From Octopus vulgaris (lineage: Eukaryota), in contig OX597814.1 of assembly GCA_951406725.2 (NCBI GenBank), positions 225,556,001-225,620,000 of the forward strand: a stretch of DNA of 64,000 nucleotides, read 5' to 3'. The notes beneath the pieces were generated by a model. It searched no databases. It saw only the letters and a program-made list of their open reading frames with translations, and was not told the DNA's origin. Of this stretch, positions 47,790 to 62,209 are shown one piece after another; position 1 is the first letter of the stretch, and every line of letters starts with the position of its first letter. The translations under genes and the position numbers were made by a program.

Positions 47790-48860
47790 GAATCGTTAAT
47801 CTCCCGGGCAAAATGCTTCGCGGCATTTCGACTATCTTTATGCTCTTAGTTCAAATTCCACTGAGGACATAAAGACGGACAAAATGCCGTTAAGCATTCT
47901 GCCCGACACGGTAACCACTCTAAGCATTCTGCCCGGCATAGTAACCACTCTGCCCCTCACTGCTTTGACAAAGCAAAATTATCCTTTCAACTACAGGCAC
48001 AAGGCCGAAATTTAAATGAGGGTGCTAGTTGATTACAGCGACTCCAGTACGTCACTGATACTTATTTTATCGACCCCGAAAGGATGAAAGACAAAGCCAA
48101 CCTCAGCAGAATTTGAACTGAGAACGTAAAGACGGACGAAATGCCGCAAAGCATTTTTCCCGGCGCGGTAACGATTCTGCCAACTCGCCGCCTTAACCGC
48201 AGTAATAATAATCCTTTCTAAGGCGGCGAGCTGGCAGAAACGTTAGCACGCCAGGCGAAATGCTTAACGGTATTTCGTCTGCCGTTACGTTCTGAGTTCA
48301 AATTCCGCCGAGGTCGACTTTGCCTTTTATCTTTTCGGGATCGATAAATTAAGTACCAATTACGCACTGGGGTCGATGTAATCGACTTAATCCGTTTGTC
48401 TGTCCTTGTTTGTCCCCTCTATGTTTAGCCCCTTGTGGGCAATAAAGAAATAAGAAACATTAGCACGCCGGGCGAAATGCTTAGCGGTATTTCACCTGTC
48501 GCCGAGGTCGACTTTGCCTTTCATCCTTTCGGGGTCGATTAAATAAGTACCAGTTACGCGCTGGGGTCGATATGATCGACTTAATCCGTTTGTCTGTCCT
48601 TGTTTGTCCTCTCTGTGTGTAGCCCTTTGTAGGTAGTAAAGAAATAGGTATTTCGTGTGTCTTTACATTCTGAGTTCAGATTCTGCCGAGGTCGACTTTG
48701 CCTTCCATCATTTCGGGGTCGATAAATTAAGTACCAGTTGGATATTGGGATCGATGTAATCGACTGGTCCCCTCCCCAAGCATTTCGGGTTTTGTGTCTA
48801 ATGTAGAAAATAATAATAAACCTTTCTACTTTAGGCACAAGAACCTGAAATTTGGAGGAG
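47790..48860. mobile_element. Cluster of family-E SINE-like repeats in both orientations
   Basis: CCGAGGTCGACTTTGCCTT..ATC.TTTCGGG.TCGAT occurs three times on + (48220-48800), with an inverted copy near 47980-48195. Confidence 0.85.
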
Positions 48861-49424
48861 AGGGATAGTCTTCCAAAATAGAGAAACTATCCAACTAGGA
48901 TGCTCTGGAATAAGGGATTATGTAGATTGGGAAAATAAAATTAAGCAGTCACCATGGCACCATAGTAATAGAAGGCCAACAATTTTGAGAGCAAGCGGTT
49001 TTCCTTGATCGGTATATTATTTTATCGACTCCAGAGGGATGAAAAGCAAAGTTGATCCCAGAAGGATTTGAAATTAAAGGTCAACTTTGCCTTAGGGAAC
49101 TAGATGTTATGATATTCTGGCCTGTCAAAAGAGACGTTTTAAAATGTATATGAAAATTTTAAAAAAAACATAGATTTGGGTAGGAATGGCTGCATATCGT
49201 CTACTCACTTTGATATCTGCCAGCTTAATTTTAATCTAACCAGGAAACTTGATTTCGAAGAGTGAAAATGAGAAGTTGTGATTGTTATGCATTCCTTAAA
49301 ATTAATGGTGATGTAGGAGTATGGAATGGCTCTAATCTGAAATCGCAACTGTAATGAGGATCTCGGCTTCTACCCGCATCTTCTCTTCTTTGTTCATCGG
49401 TTTGTCAATCTTTTCTTCGAAGGA

Positions 49425-49850
49425 ACAAGGCCTAAAATTTTGGAGGAGGCGGAGGTAGATGATACATCGATCCCAATGCTTTACAGGTACTTATTTTATC
49501 GATTTCGAAAGGATGAAAGACAAAGTCAACCCCAGAATTTGAACTTGGACCATTAAGCCCGAAGAAATGCTATTACACATTTTATCTGGTGTGCTAACGG
49601 TTCTGCCAGGTCAATCATTTCACCAGTATATTGGCTTCAAACTTTTTGGGCCCAAGGTCAGTAATTCTGATGGAGGGCTAAGTCGATTACATCAACCTAA
49701 GAGCACATACGGTTACTTGTTTTATCGACCCAGAAACGATGAAAAGTAAAGTCGGCTTCGGCTGAATTTGAACTCAGAATGTAAAGACGTACGAAATGCC
49801 GCTAAGCATTTTGCACGGGGTGCTAACGATGCTACTAACTCGCCGCCTTA
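49425..49850 (-). mobile_element. Two degenerate family-E copies
   Basis: TTTATCGA..GATGAAA..AAAGTC and GAACTCAGAA blocks. Confidence 0.7.
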
Positions 49851-51243
49851 CCTCTATCGGCATATTAATAACAATTTTTTCCTTAGCCTAGCGTAAAATG
49901 TAGATGTTCAGAACAGTATAAACAGCATTTATATCGTTCGTGGTTTTCTCCTAAATAAAAAGTACAATGACCTCACTAGCCACAGTTCTCGCAGATTTTT
50001 AATCCCATTTTTATCTCCTTCCTGACACCGTTATACAAATACCAACCAAATATTAAACAATATTCTTTCTCCCAGCCACAAATAAATATCCCCTGTAAAC
50101 GTAATGTTCTTAACCTTACCAAAAACTATCAAATAACATTAACGTTCTCCAAAGGCTACGAAATAATTTAACAGTGTTGGCTCATTGCACTCTTCTCTAT
50201 CTCTTCAACCGTCTTAAAAGAGATTCGTTTGTACATTTTTTTTCTGTATTTACAAGATATGTCGCGGAGCACTCATACGTTATTAACCTCTGAACATCTT
50301 GCCGACTGTGAAAAGACGACGAATACGAAACATTATATTTCTCTCAATTTCTCGTAGATTTTCAATTGTGTTGAGAGACGGTCACAGGTTATGGGCTTTC
50401 GTTTTCATTTATAGCCATAATAATCAAATAAAGACGTTATAATGGTACTAAATATGAATATAGATAAGAGGTGGCCAGTTGCTGTAATTAATGATAGGAT
50501 AAAATATGGACATTGAATACTGCTAAGCAGTTAAGCTTCGTAGGATTAAGACAAGTTTATTTTAAGACGACAGTGCAACTGAGAATTGTCAACTGTCTCG
50601 ACCACACACGCATTTTACAGCACACAGTTCAATACTTATGATTCTATGTCCAGCTGTTGAAGTTGATTTATCCTTTCATTCCAATCTCATAAGTATGTCA
50701 AAATATATCATATTATCAACCCGTTGTTAGAATAAAGATATATGATATTTATAACAAACCAAAGAATATTTCCTCTAAATATCAATGCCAGCTTCAGGCA
50801 ATAGATTGGAACTCTTTCAATGATATTTTCGCTTATACTTAGAGATATTTCTTAACATATGAAATGAAACAAATCCTTGGGTGTTAAGTATATATAATCC
50901 ACAAAACAGGTGAATTCATTTGGAAGAGAAATAGGAAAGAAAGAAGTGGCAGATCTAATCAATATACAAAAACATTTAAACATTCACGTGCACCACACAC
51001 ACACACACACACACACATACACACATACACACACGCGCGCATACATACTTGAACGTGTGTATCTATGCATAATTTCAGGTCTTATGTTATAGTTTTAATA
51101 CAATTCACGCAATAACATACATTCTAGTCAAGAGATTGCGCCAATCTTATAAAATAAACACGCAACGAGCCAATGAAGGAGACCTTTACATGGTTACTCG
51201 ACCAGCTCAAAATACCACTGAAGGCTTCCTGAAATCTCTCCCC

Positions 51244-51278
<35 letters not shown>

Positions 51279-51403
51279 TCTCTCTCATCCTCTATCTCTC
51301 TCTCCCTATTGTCTTAAAAAGAGAAGAATACATTAGATAATGAAATCCTACATAAACTATACCTCAATAAAAAAAAAACAAGGTACGCAACGCTACACTT
51401 ACC

Positions 51404-51690
51404 GTGAAAGTGCGTGGTTTAGTGATTAGGGTATTCGGCTCACAGTCGCAGGTCGTGAGTTCGATTCCTGACAGTGCATTGTGTCCTTAAGCAAGACACT
51501 TTTATTCACGTTGCTCCTGTCCACTCAGCTGCCAAAATTGAGGGCCAGCCTTGTCACATTTTGTATGACGCTGAATCTCCGTGAGGACTACGTTGTGAGC
51601 AGGTGTGTCTGTGTAGTACTCAGCCACTTGCACGTTAATTTCACGAGCAGGCTGTTCTGGAGATCGGATCAAATGGAACCTTCATGTCGT
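51404..51690 (+). mobile_element. tRNA-derived SINE, family D
   Basis: GTTCGATTCC B box; AGCAAGACACTT; CTCAGCCACTTGCACGTTAATTTCACGAGCAGG. Confidence 0.8.
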
Positions 51691-51973
51691 TTTTAAAATC
51701 GCAGATAACTGAGATGGGTTCGTATTTCGATTGATGATCTACTGCATCTAAGAGCGTCTACGTGGTTACTCATCTTGGTTGAAAAAGCAACCAAATTTCA
51801 CTCAAATTATATCTTAATAGCTTTAAGAAAGGAAAGGACATATTGAATGTAGTTCTAGATATACAAAAAATGGAGGGTGATCACGGCTAGATAATTTTTG
51901 ATGATGTATCAGCGCAATTGTAAAGTGTTATTGTTGAGGTTTAAAATAATTATAATGCAATATCATTTATTAC

Positions 51974-52170
51974 CCTTCAATAAACTCCATAATATATTGG
52001 GTTTGTGATCCTCTAAAAATTAACACTTCCTTCTCCAAGCCTAGATTCGAAACCGAATCTAAGAATTCTCGGTCGTCCAAATCACCACGATCAACAGGCG
52101 CGAAAAAGGGTTTTCTTTGTCCTGACAAAAAGTGATTGATCATCTCCCTTTGACCTACGACCTCAGCCAT
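51974..52170 (-). CDS. Candidate first coding exon of an unidentified host gene
   Basis: GACATGG start context; 65 codons of non-repetitive sequence; ends GG|GTAATA; lies in unique sequence. No family recognised. Confidence 0.4.
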
Positions 52171-52554
52171 GTCAGGCGAAGTTCAGATGGACAGGAGCTG
52201 ACCTATTTATGTACAAACTCTGCTGTAGTATGTCTGTCCTTCTAGCTGCAACGATTATTATAAATACGGTGATCAACAAGGGGACAGACAAGAAGAAAGG
52301 CCTTGCAGGCAGGCGAAAAAGGTCTACATGCCGACAGAAGGTTTTCACAGACCGCAGAGACCGAGAGAAATGTTCGAAGTTCCACGGTAGACTACTGTCT
52401 CAGATGAACTACGCACACACACACACACACAAACATATCCATTTCTGACATATAACTTCCACAGATGTACCCTGTTCCTATTTCTAGCAACTCGTAGCAA
52501 TTGTCAACATATGCATGTAGTGAAGAATTATGTGTACCTACGCCAAATTAAGTC

Positions 52555-53520
52555 CAGCCCCGCAATACTTTGAAGTCAAAGCCGGAGTATCACGAGGCGA
52601 CACGCTAGCACCTTATCTCTTCGCCATCGTTCTGGACTATGTAATGTGTAGAGCCTACGAGGGCACGGAAGAAGGAGTGGGATTCAAACTGCATAGGCAA
52701 CGAAGTAGACGGCATTAAGCATAACAGTGAATGACTTAGACTATGCTGATGACCTGGCATTACTAACAGAGAGGACAGATCAGACAGAGGAGGTGCTGAA
52801 CAGGTTAGAGCAGGAATCGAGGAAGGTAGGATTGTACTGTAATGCAAACAAAACAGAGCTGCAAATATTCAACCACGAAATGCCTAAATCAGTGAATGTG
52901 AGAGACTGTAAGTCGCTGAAGGTTGTTGAAAATTTCAAATACCTTGGTGCGTGGACACAAAGTACTGAAAAAGATATCTTAGCAAGGAAAGCTCTTGCCT
53001 GGAGCACAAGCCATAAATTGAGAAAGATATAGAGTTCAGAGTTAGCAAGGAAATTGAAAGTGAGGTTGTTTCTGACAACAATGGATTCTGTTCTTCTATA
53101 CGGGGCTGAAATATGGACACTGACTAAAGCATTAAAGAAGCAGTTGGGCGGTTGTTATACGAGGATGTTTAGAATGGCATTCAATGTCTCCTGGAAGGGT
53201 CATGCAAAAAAGGCTGACTTATACTAGGGACTACCAAAAGTAACATTGAAGATGAAGCATAGAAGGATGAGGCTAGCTGGACACTGTATCAGACACACTG
53301 ATGAAATTGCTAACAAACTAGTGCTCTGGCAACCGACAGAAGGAAGAACCATGAGAGGAAGGAGGAAGACGACTAATATCGACAACTTGCTTGGGGATAC
53401 TGGTACAGAAGGGGTAGAGGAGCTGAGGACCATTATGGAAGATCGAGATGAAATGGGGAAACGTATGGAAACAGTTTTGGAGCGTCCTATGGGACGACCT
53501 AGATGGAGATGAGATACAAT
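52555..53520 (+). mobile_element. 5'-truncated RTE-clade LINE, degenerate
   Basis: GVSRGDTLAPYLFAIVLDYVM, DLDYADDLALL, VENFKYLG, LLYGAEIWTL, RRMRLAGHCIRH. Confidence 0.92.
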
Positions 53521-54092
53521 ACAGCATTGATTTTGAGATATCTATCAGTGAAACTACATATGGAGAGAATAGTTTAATTGGCAGTTGAGTAAAGCTTTAT
53601 TGTTTCAGAAAACAATCTTCAAACTTTCTCCTGTCAAGCAAGCACTGATAACCGATAAAGATTTTTGCCACTCATATCGCCGTTGGAATCTATTGTAGAG
53701 TTACACATAACCAATGGTTATTATCGTCCATATGATACATTATTTGACAGTTTCCATATACCAGAGTCAAGTCGTAAACTGGACTAAAGAGAACTGACGG
53801 GAAAATTCTTAACTGAGAGAGGCTTATGAAACATTTTATTCTAGATCTACCAACAAATCAGGAAATATGATAGTTTTTTTTGATTATTTAATATCGTGTT
53901 CAATCCATTAAAGTTGTAAACAACCCTAAGCTGTGGGAGATATATACTTCAAATGCTATTTTACAATTATACTAATTGGAAGGGACAGAAACACAAGGCA
54001 TACCAAGCAGAAACAATGCAAGAAGGGATAACATTAATCAGTGAAACCTGGTGGGAAGATGGTAAGGTTATCTTGATAAGTATTATGTGGAG

Positions 54093-55109
54093 CAGTGATT
54101 CTTAATATTTTGTAGCTCAGTACCTCTTTTCAACGAACATTCATTTTATAAACGTTCTATCCTTATGATTTGCAAAAAGAAAACAACAGCTCATTTTAAC
54201 CAAACAAACACTGTCTTTATACCATCGTACCCAATGTGCCGCCTTTTATATATTTGCATGAATTTGTAACGGGAACTCGTTGCTTCTTTACACTTTTGGG
54301 GTGCAACTTGGGTGCAACACAATTTCCTTTCTTTTTGTTTCTAGAAACTACCAGTCAGGAACGAAAAGCAAGTTTAGAAATATATAATTCTTTATTCTCT
54401 TATTCAACAATGAAACACGATGGTATACTGGTATCCATTCTTACAACAATTCAGCAGCAATAGATAGGTTAAATCCCAAGCGTCTGGGACAGGAGAATAG
54501 GTTGATCACACGTATGAAAATACATCCTTTCTCTTCGATCGCTGTGCCTCAAGTCTTAGCGTCCAGAGACAGCGGAGAAAAATTGGTCTGCAACAATCTC
54601 GTATGAAAGGCGTTCTGCTACTGCCTGTCTCTCTGTACCCCTTTGTTAAAGGAACCTCCCTCGCCTATCACTTAATGCCACATCAGCATTTCCTTCTTCA
54701 GTGCTTCGCGCATGCGCGAGAGGGCACTTCCCTTCTGCCTTTCCAGAAGGCTCCAAATCCGCACGCGCACACTGGAGAGGACGTTGCGCGCGCGCACTGT
54801 TGTATAACGTCACTACAAATTAATGTCTCTATGTCAAATATTTTTTTACAAAAGCAAGGACTTATATAATGAAATTATATTGGACCTAGGTACATCATCC
54901 GTCGTGTTTCTGCTCCCAGATTACACAATGTCCTTAAATGTGCTTAAAATCTAAGTATTATACCTGGGTTAAATATTTTATTTCTAAGAAAAATCATGAG
55001 ACCTCTACAAACCCATCACAAAACCCTGTTGACACATGCAGCCTTATTCAGTGCCCTTAATGTCTAGAACGTCCCACGGAGGAATCTACCACCCAGTTAA
55101 GAACCACCG
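54093..55109. mobile_element. Old hAT-type MITE hosting a solo LTR
   Basis: Imperfect TIRs CAGTGATTCTTAA / TTAAGAACCACCG; TSD not evident. Confidence 0.5.
54265..54817 (-). mobile_element. Solo LTR related to the 40516 element
   Basis: TG..CA; 4-bp TSD AATT; shares TGTAGTGAC.. and GCCCTCTCGCGCATGCGCGAA. Confidence 0.85.
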
Positions 55110-55783
55110 GCAACAAAAGATCAAGTAGAAAATCTTTCTATCCCGATGGTAAAAGTAACCATCGATACATTCGACTAAAAGTTCTTCAAGGCGATGCTCC
55201 AGCCTGGCGGCAGTTTAATGACTGAAACAAGTAAAAGATAAAATAAACATCGATAAAATAGGTACCAGTCAAGTGCTGGTATATGGTTTACTTGTTCTAA
55301 AGGTAACCTTTTTCCTGAATAAGAAGTCGATATTAATCTATTTTCTAAACAGAGAAAATTTACTTGCGGTTGTCTATTCTAAATTTCAATGGGTTAATTT
55401 ATGTTAAGAACTGAAAGTCCGGCTTGTTGATTCCTTGGTAGCAATTATTCGACGAGAAAGCGTTGCGTTGGCTCTTACACAAGGGCATGTTTTACTTATT
55501 AAGCAAGAGATCGTTATGAAAGAGCGTAGAATGCATTTTGTTCTCCTCCTTTTGGCCGCTTAACAATTTACATCTACTTAAAAACAATTTCGACACCGCT
55601 TCCCAAATAACCTATTTTCCTCTCCACTAAAGAAAGTTGTTATATTTATTGTTGCCTTCAAAGCCTATCGCCTCCACGTCCATCCTTAGCTGCAGCTGAT
55701 AAAACAAACAAGTCTTTTATCTGTAATACGCTCATTACACACATCCATCCATTCATCCATCCACCCACCCATACATACATACA

Positions 55784-55815
<32 letters not shown>

Positions 55816-55820
55816 CATAC

Positions 55821-55853
<33 letters not shown>

Positions 55854-55989
55854 GTCAGAGCTCGTTCACGCTTAGAATTCCCAAATAGCCGATAGTATTC
55901 TCATATATATATATATATACATATATATGTATATATATGTATATATATATGTATATATCTATATATATGTATATATATATGTGTGTGTG

Positions 55990-56069
<80 letters not shown>

Positions 56070-56093
56070 CATACATATATATATATATGTATG

Positions 56094-56134
<41 letters not shown>

Positions 56135-56312
56135 AAATACGTATACACTATATTGTTATAGCTTCAATGTTATATCTTAATAATTTTAGTTGTTTATATT
56201 TATCCTGAAACCAAAAGTACAATGAAACTACAAGCAATAAGATCATAAAAGACTGGTTTAAGCAATTTAAAAAGTAGGTGCTCTCACCTTCCGTTTACAT
56301 CTCTCTATAGCA

Positions 56313-56343
<31 letters not shown>

Positions 56344-57991
56344 ACTCACTCACTCTTTCTGTCGATATGTGTGCATGCGTGTGTGTGTGTGAGAGAGAGA
56401 GAGAGAGACACTTTTAAAGGAGCAGTATCACTGATATTCGTCATTGGAACGATTGGATTGTGTTAAAGTGAACTTCCAATCAACATCTGGCACAAATTTT
56501 GTGAGAAGTCCCAATGCTGAAAGGCTTCACATGGAAGTAAATCCTTAGAGAACATTACATTATTTTATGGTTTCACTGAAAAACACATTTTCATTATTCT
56601 TTAATGCGGTTTCAGTAAAAATCAGTATCAATTTTCTTGTAACATTCTTTTGCATTTTTACTTTTCTTTTTTATCTCTTCTCTTCCTTGACGAAGGACAG
56701 CTGTCCGAAACATTGAATTTTTCTCTTTCTTCCTCCCAGCATAATGATATAATTTGCACTTTCGTTCGTTGTCCTGCGTCTCTATTTATTCCATTACTTG
56801 GCTAAATCAGATTACTGCTAGTTTTTATCAAGGTTCAGATGATTGTACACTTGTTTCTTTTTGACTCAAAAATCTAGCTATCACTTTTGAAACTTCACAC
56901 TGCACCACTGATCATAGACTGATGGCAATATCATCATTACTAATTAAATAGCTTAATTATTTTAATTGGCTCTGATTTGTATTATTTAGTAAATTCAACA
57001 AAAAGAGCACAGTGAACTTGTCGAGGGGAGTGGAAAAAACGTTCCGGACAAAACCTTTCTTCAATGAAAGGCTGACTGGAAAGAAAGTGAAGAGAAAGAC
57101 AGAAGAGTTTTACATTCATTAAGTTTTACGGGAAAATGGCTGCAAGTGTCTTACCTGTCCTCGTTATTATATAGCAGTTTAGGCGTATGTGATGACAACA
57201 ATGAATATCTATGTTAGAAATCATTATTATTACAAGCATATCCCTGATTTTCCAATGACCTTGATTCCAGCTTCGTGTCAGATTATCTGTTTTGCTGGAC
57301 TAACATAATTCACAATATAATTCAGAGTAAATTCCTCAGAGTCAGTCGCTATACAATTAATGATCCAGTATTATACGTCTCACACAATCTTTGCCCTGAA
57401 ACACGGCAATCCAGTTTTCTCATCGCTTCTACCTTTTATATATATATATATATATTGATATAGATATATATTTAAACTTTACACCACCACTGACACCTAG
57501 ACTGTGCTTGAAAGCCAGAACTAGGGATAATTCTAAATAGTACAAATTGGGAATTTCCTCAAATCTCTTGAACAGCAGTAATCGCTGACATCTAAATATT
57601 CAGATAATTGCAAATGACACACAACATTACCTGTGGCCATCAAATGAACTAGCCTAGCAAGCCGCAGGAGACTCGAGTGGTCTGTATTGAATAGAGCGAC
57701 GGACAATAACTTTCCAGAAAATCAGAGATGTGCCTGATCTACTGTCAGGAAGAATTAATTGTTATGAAGGTAGAATAACAAAATTGGCAGAGTATCAGAC
57801 AACATACTTCGCGATAGTTATGGCTCTTTTATGTCCTGACATTAAATTCTGCTGAGTTTGACATTGCCATTCATCTTTATAAGATATGTAAAATATAATT
57901 CTACCCGCCAAGGCAAACACTTGAATTCAGGATTTCAAATAGATATCAGTAAAGTAGTGGGAGAGATTTCATTGACTGTACCCTTCCACAG

Positions 57992-58325
57992 TGAAGGCGC
58001 ATGGCTCAATGGTTAGAGCATCGGGTTCATAGTTATGAGGTAGTGAGTTCGATCTCCGGACCGGGCTCTGTTTTATGTTCTTGAGCAAGACACTTTATTT
58101 CACGTTGCTCCATTTCACTCAGCTGTAGAAATGAGTTGTGACATCACTGTTGTCAAGCCGTATCGGCCTTTGCCTTTCCCTTGGGTAACATCGGTGGCAT
58201 GGAGAAGAGAGACTGGTGTGCATGGGCAACTGCTGGTCTTCAATAAACAATTGCCTGGACTTGTGCCTCGGAGGGTAACTTTCTAGGCACATTCCTATGG
58301 TCATTCATGACCAAAGGGGGTCTCC
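57992..58325 (+). mobile_element. SINE, family B
   Basis: GTGAAGGCGCATGGCTCA head; collinear with 39779-40105. Confidence 0.9.
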
Positions 58326-58753
58326 TCTTCATACTACTCTCTCCAATAAATTAGGGGTACGCACAGGTTCACTTACATCTTCCTTCTGTATATTAATGAT
58401 TTACCTGATATCACACCACACAACACATCTTTCCATGGTCATTAATGGCCGAAGGGGGTCTTTACTCTTTACTCTTCCACAAAAAATGAACAAACAGAAA
58501 TAACACAATCATGGCTTTGAGGTTAGACGGTTCACTTCGCAATTATGTGATTTCAGTCTCGAGTCCACTGTGCAATACTTTGAACAAGGATTTTTTTTGC
58601 CATATACTCAGGTTGACCAATACTTTCTAAGTGGAATTTAGGAGACGAAAGGTTTATCAAAGACCATCATTCAGGTGTATATGAAAATGTACATACAGAT
58701 GTGAGCGCGCATGCGTGTGTGTGACTTTCACCAGTGCATATCGGTAAAATAGT

Positions 58754-59260
58754 GTGAAGGTGCATGGATTTGTGGTTAGGGTACTCGGCTCATGATCGTA
58801 AAGGAGCGAGTTCGATACCCGGTAACACGTTGCGTCCTTGAGCATTACATTTTATTGCACATTGCTCCAGTCCACTCAGCTGGCAAAAATGGGTAATACC
58901 TGTATTTCAAATGGCCAGCCTCGTCACGTTCTGTGTGCGACGCTGAATCTTCCTGAGAACTACGTTAACGTTATGGGTGTCTGTGGAGTGCTCAGCTACT
59001 TCCACGCTAATTTCACGAGCAGGTTATTCCATTGTTCGGATCAACTGGAACACTCATCGCCATAATCTGGCAGGAACGTTAGCATGCCTGGCGAAATGCT
59101 TAGCGATATTTCTACTGTCTTTACGTTCTGAGTTCAAATTCCGCCAAGGTCGACTTTGCCTTTCATCATTTCGGGGTCAATAAATTAAGTACCAGTTACG
59201 CACTGGGGTCGATGTAATCGACTTAATCCTTTTGTCTTTCCCCTCTATGTTTAGCCCTTG
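58754..59260 (+). mobile_element. Family-D SINE followed by a family-E repeat
   Basis: Matches 51404-51690, then 48230-48430. Confidence 0.8.
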
Positions 59261-59261
59261 T

Positions 59262-60095
59262 CTAGAGTTAGGGGAGCTGAAGAGGAAGAACATCATTTCT
59301 TAGGTTGTGTTTCTTTGGAAAATATAAATGCAGCTTGTGAAGACAATAAGGCAGAATGGCAAGTAAAAATAGAAGTCACCACCAAAATCTGTAGCACAAT
59401 TGTTGCATTTAGACTGGATACTGGTGCAGATGTGACAGTAGTACCCCATTGTTCTTCAAGAAGTTTAATAAGACCTACAAACAAAAGGTTGTGGACCAGG
59501 TCAACACAAAATAAAAGTACTTGGACACGTAGATGCCACATTGAGTTATGGGAAAGCAACATCACAACGTTGTGCAAGACTTAGCTGAACCATTATTGGG
59601 TGGACCAGCAATCAAAGCCCTCAGTCTATTGAGTAAAACCAATATGAGAAAAAGCGAAGGTCTCCAATACAAAAAATAATTCCCCAGTGTGTTTACAGGC
59701 TTAGGGAAATAGAGGCATTCATACACTTGGATGAAACAGCTCAACCTTTCTCAGTCGCCGCCCCCAGACGACTACCACTTTCCATGAAGAAGAAACTTCA
59801 GCAAGAGTTAAAACGATTGGAAAAAAGGGAAAATTATCCAACCAGTAAAGTCCCCCAACAGACTGGTGTGCTCCCATTATAGTGGTCCCCCAAAAAAGAT
59901 GGAAGAGTCAGATTTTGTGTCGACTGCTCTAAATTAAACGAAAGTGTGAAAAGGGAAAATTTTCCACTTCCTTCAACTGATCAACTTCTTGCTGATCTTG
60001 AAGGAGCCACAGTGTTCATGATACTTCACTGTAATAGTGGTTTCCACCAAATAGTTCTGCATAAAGACTCACAGGAACTTACCACTTTCATCATA
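59262..60095 (+). pseudogene. Ty3/Gypsy pol fragment (aspartic protease + RT N-terminus)
   Basis: FRLDTGADVTVV; WCAPIIVVPK; GRVRFCVD; KRENFPLP; SGFHQI..SQELTTFI; several frameshifts. Confidence 0.88.
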
Positions 60096-60309
60096 CCCTC
60101 TCATTTTTCTATCATTCACCTCCTTACCACTCGTAGCTCGTGTCTCACTATTACTATTGCTCATTCTCTCTCCACTCACCTTTTGCGTAATCACATACCA
60201 TCCTGTCTATATAACACTTGATGGCAATCCTACCCATGAAACTAGAGAACGCTAGGGATGACATAGGTTTTGACCGACCTCCTCACCCCTCTGACATTCA
60301 CTGCACCAT

Positions 60310-60526
60310 TCTTTACTACCCACAAGGGGTTAAACACAGAGAGGACAAACAAGGACAGACAAATGGATTAAGTCGGTTATATCGACCCCAGTGCGAAACT
60401 GGTACTTAATTTATTGACCCCGAAAGAATGAAAGGCAAAGTCGACCTCGGCGGAATTTGAACTCAGAACGTAATGGTTGACGAAATACTACTAAGCATTT
60501 CACCCGACGTGCTAACGATTCTGCCA
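60310..60526 (-). mobile_element. Family-E repeat with 12-bp TSD
   Basis: TCACTGCACCAT at 60298-60309 and 60527-60538. Confidence 0.8.
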
Positions 60527-61859
60527 TCACTGCACCATACCACTCTTGTAATGAAAGAGTAGCACTTGAACTTATTCAGTTACCACCATTAACATTTTCT
60601 CTCTCTCATTAGACAATTGTGCAGCTAGCCATCATTTCCCAAGCCGACATCCATCTCCCTCTCTTATTACCTATATTTATTAATGTCCATCACTTGATCT
60701 CCCTCTCTCGCTCTCTCTCTCTCACACGCACACACACAGAATAGAAATCATGTACCTAACATCACTTCCTTTCTCACCCACAGCTCTTCACTGCACTGTC
60801 ACTCTTCCATAACTCCTTCTCTACCATCCTCTCCGCTCATTATTCCTCCCATTGGATTCAAGTCCTTCCATTATCTCTCCTTTATTGGTTTAAGTTACCC
60901 TGAAAATAAAACGGAGATACCTTAAAGTAGCAACGACTCACCAATGCTGATGCCACCATAAAATTCACCCAGTACACTCTGTAAAATTGTTGATGAACGA
61001 GGGAAGACAACACAGGGTCAAGAGGGCCCTTTTAGGGTGATCGAGGACACAACCTCTATAGTGTTGGTGCCATGATAAATGAACTGGGGGTAAGAAGGAC
61101 AATTAGTCATAGAAACCATACCAAAATAAATGTACAAGCGAAACATGGTTTCCCAACCAGTATAAAACAGCAGTAACGCCAAATACAAACTGATTCAGTC
61201 TGTGGAGACTCGTACAACACATATCAGCAAGGAAAGTAGAAATAAAATGATGACAATAATGACGATGAGTTGTTTTAATAAATGTAGGGGAAAACGTTTG
61301 CAGCTTAGCACTATGTATTATATTCGTTGCTAATTTTAATCTTAATTTTAGTTTTAAAAAAGTACATCATCTGTTGTAGCTCCAAGTTAACGAAAGCCTA
61401 TAGGTGCGCAGGCATAGCTGTTTAGTGAAGAAGTTTGCTTCCCAACCATATGGTTTCGGGTTCAGTCTCGCTGTGTAACACCTTGGGACAAGTGTCTTTT
61501 ATGACAGCCCCAGGCTAACCAAAATTTGATGAGATTTGGTAGACAGAAACCAAATCTGTGAATGTATGTAACTTTATGCCAATCAGTCAGGTGACTCTTT
61601 TTTAGATGCAGTCCAAGACGTCATTGTAGCAAAATCTTCCTCTAATGACACTTTTAATGTCCTTAAAAACATGTAGAACGTAATGTAATCTTAGATATGC
61701 TGTTTGAATATAAGATGGATGGTCATGGCTGAGTCACTTTTGATCATAAATCTGTTCAGTTATTTGATCATAGATCACCATTGATCACTGATCTGTTCAG
61801 GACTAGATCTAAAAAATATAAGATGAAAAAAACCCTGAACTTCAGTCACAACGTAGCAG

Positions 61860-62195
61860 AAACACAATATCTGTAACAGACATCTCACTACACATTATTC
61901 CAACCAGTATTACTCTATGGATGTGAAAACTGGAACATAACAAAAAATGGAAGAAAAAACAATGGACAACTTCCAGTTCACATGCATAAGGAGAATACTT
62001 GACATCAAGTCTGAAATGAAAAAATTGAGACAACAACGGATCAATGATGAAATAGGACACAGAAACTGGAACTGGATCGGACACATCCTCAGAAAAGAAC
62101 GAGAAAGCGATTGCATGGTAAAGTGGAAGCCTGAGGGGAAAAGAAAAGCAAGGTGCCCAAAAAAACCACATGGCGAAGATTGTTTTCTTAACATT
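61860..62195 (+). mobile_element. RTE-clade LINE C-terminal fragment
   Basis: LLYGCENW, CIRRILDI, WNWIGHILRK, WKPEGKRK. Confidence 0.75.
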
Positions 62196-62209
62196 TCTAC
62201 AATGAATTG

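Noticed and set aside
56685-56716. Hammerhead-like TTGACGAAGGACAGCTGTCCGAAAC (similar relics at about 8700-8730, 10189-10215, 15526-15540, 47128-47170)
   Set aside because: Uncompensated core changes or missing stems; probably decayed PLE motifs.
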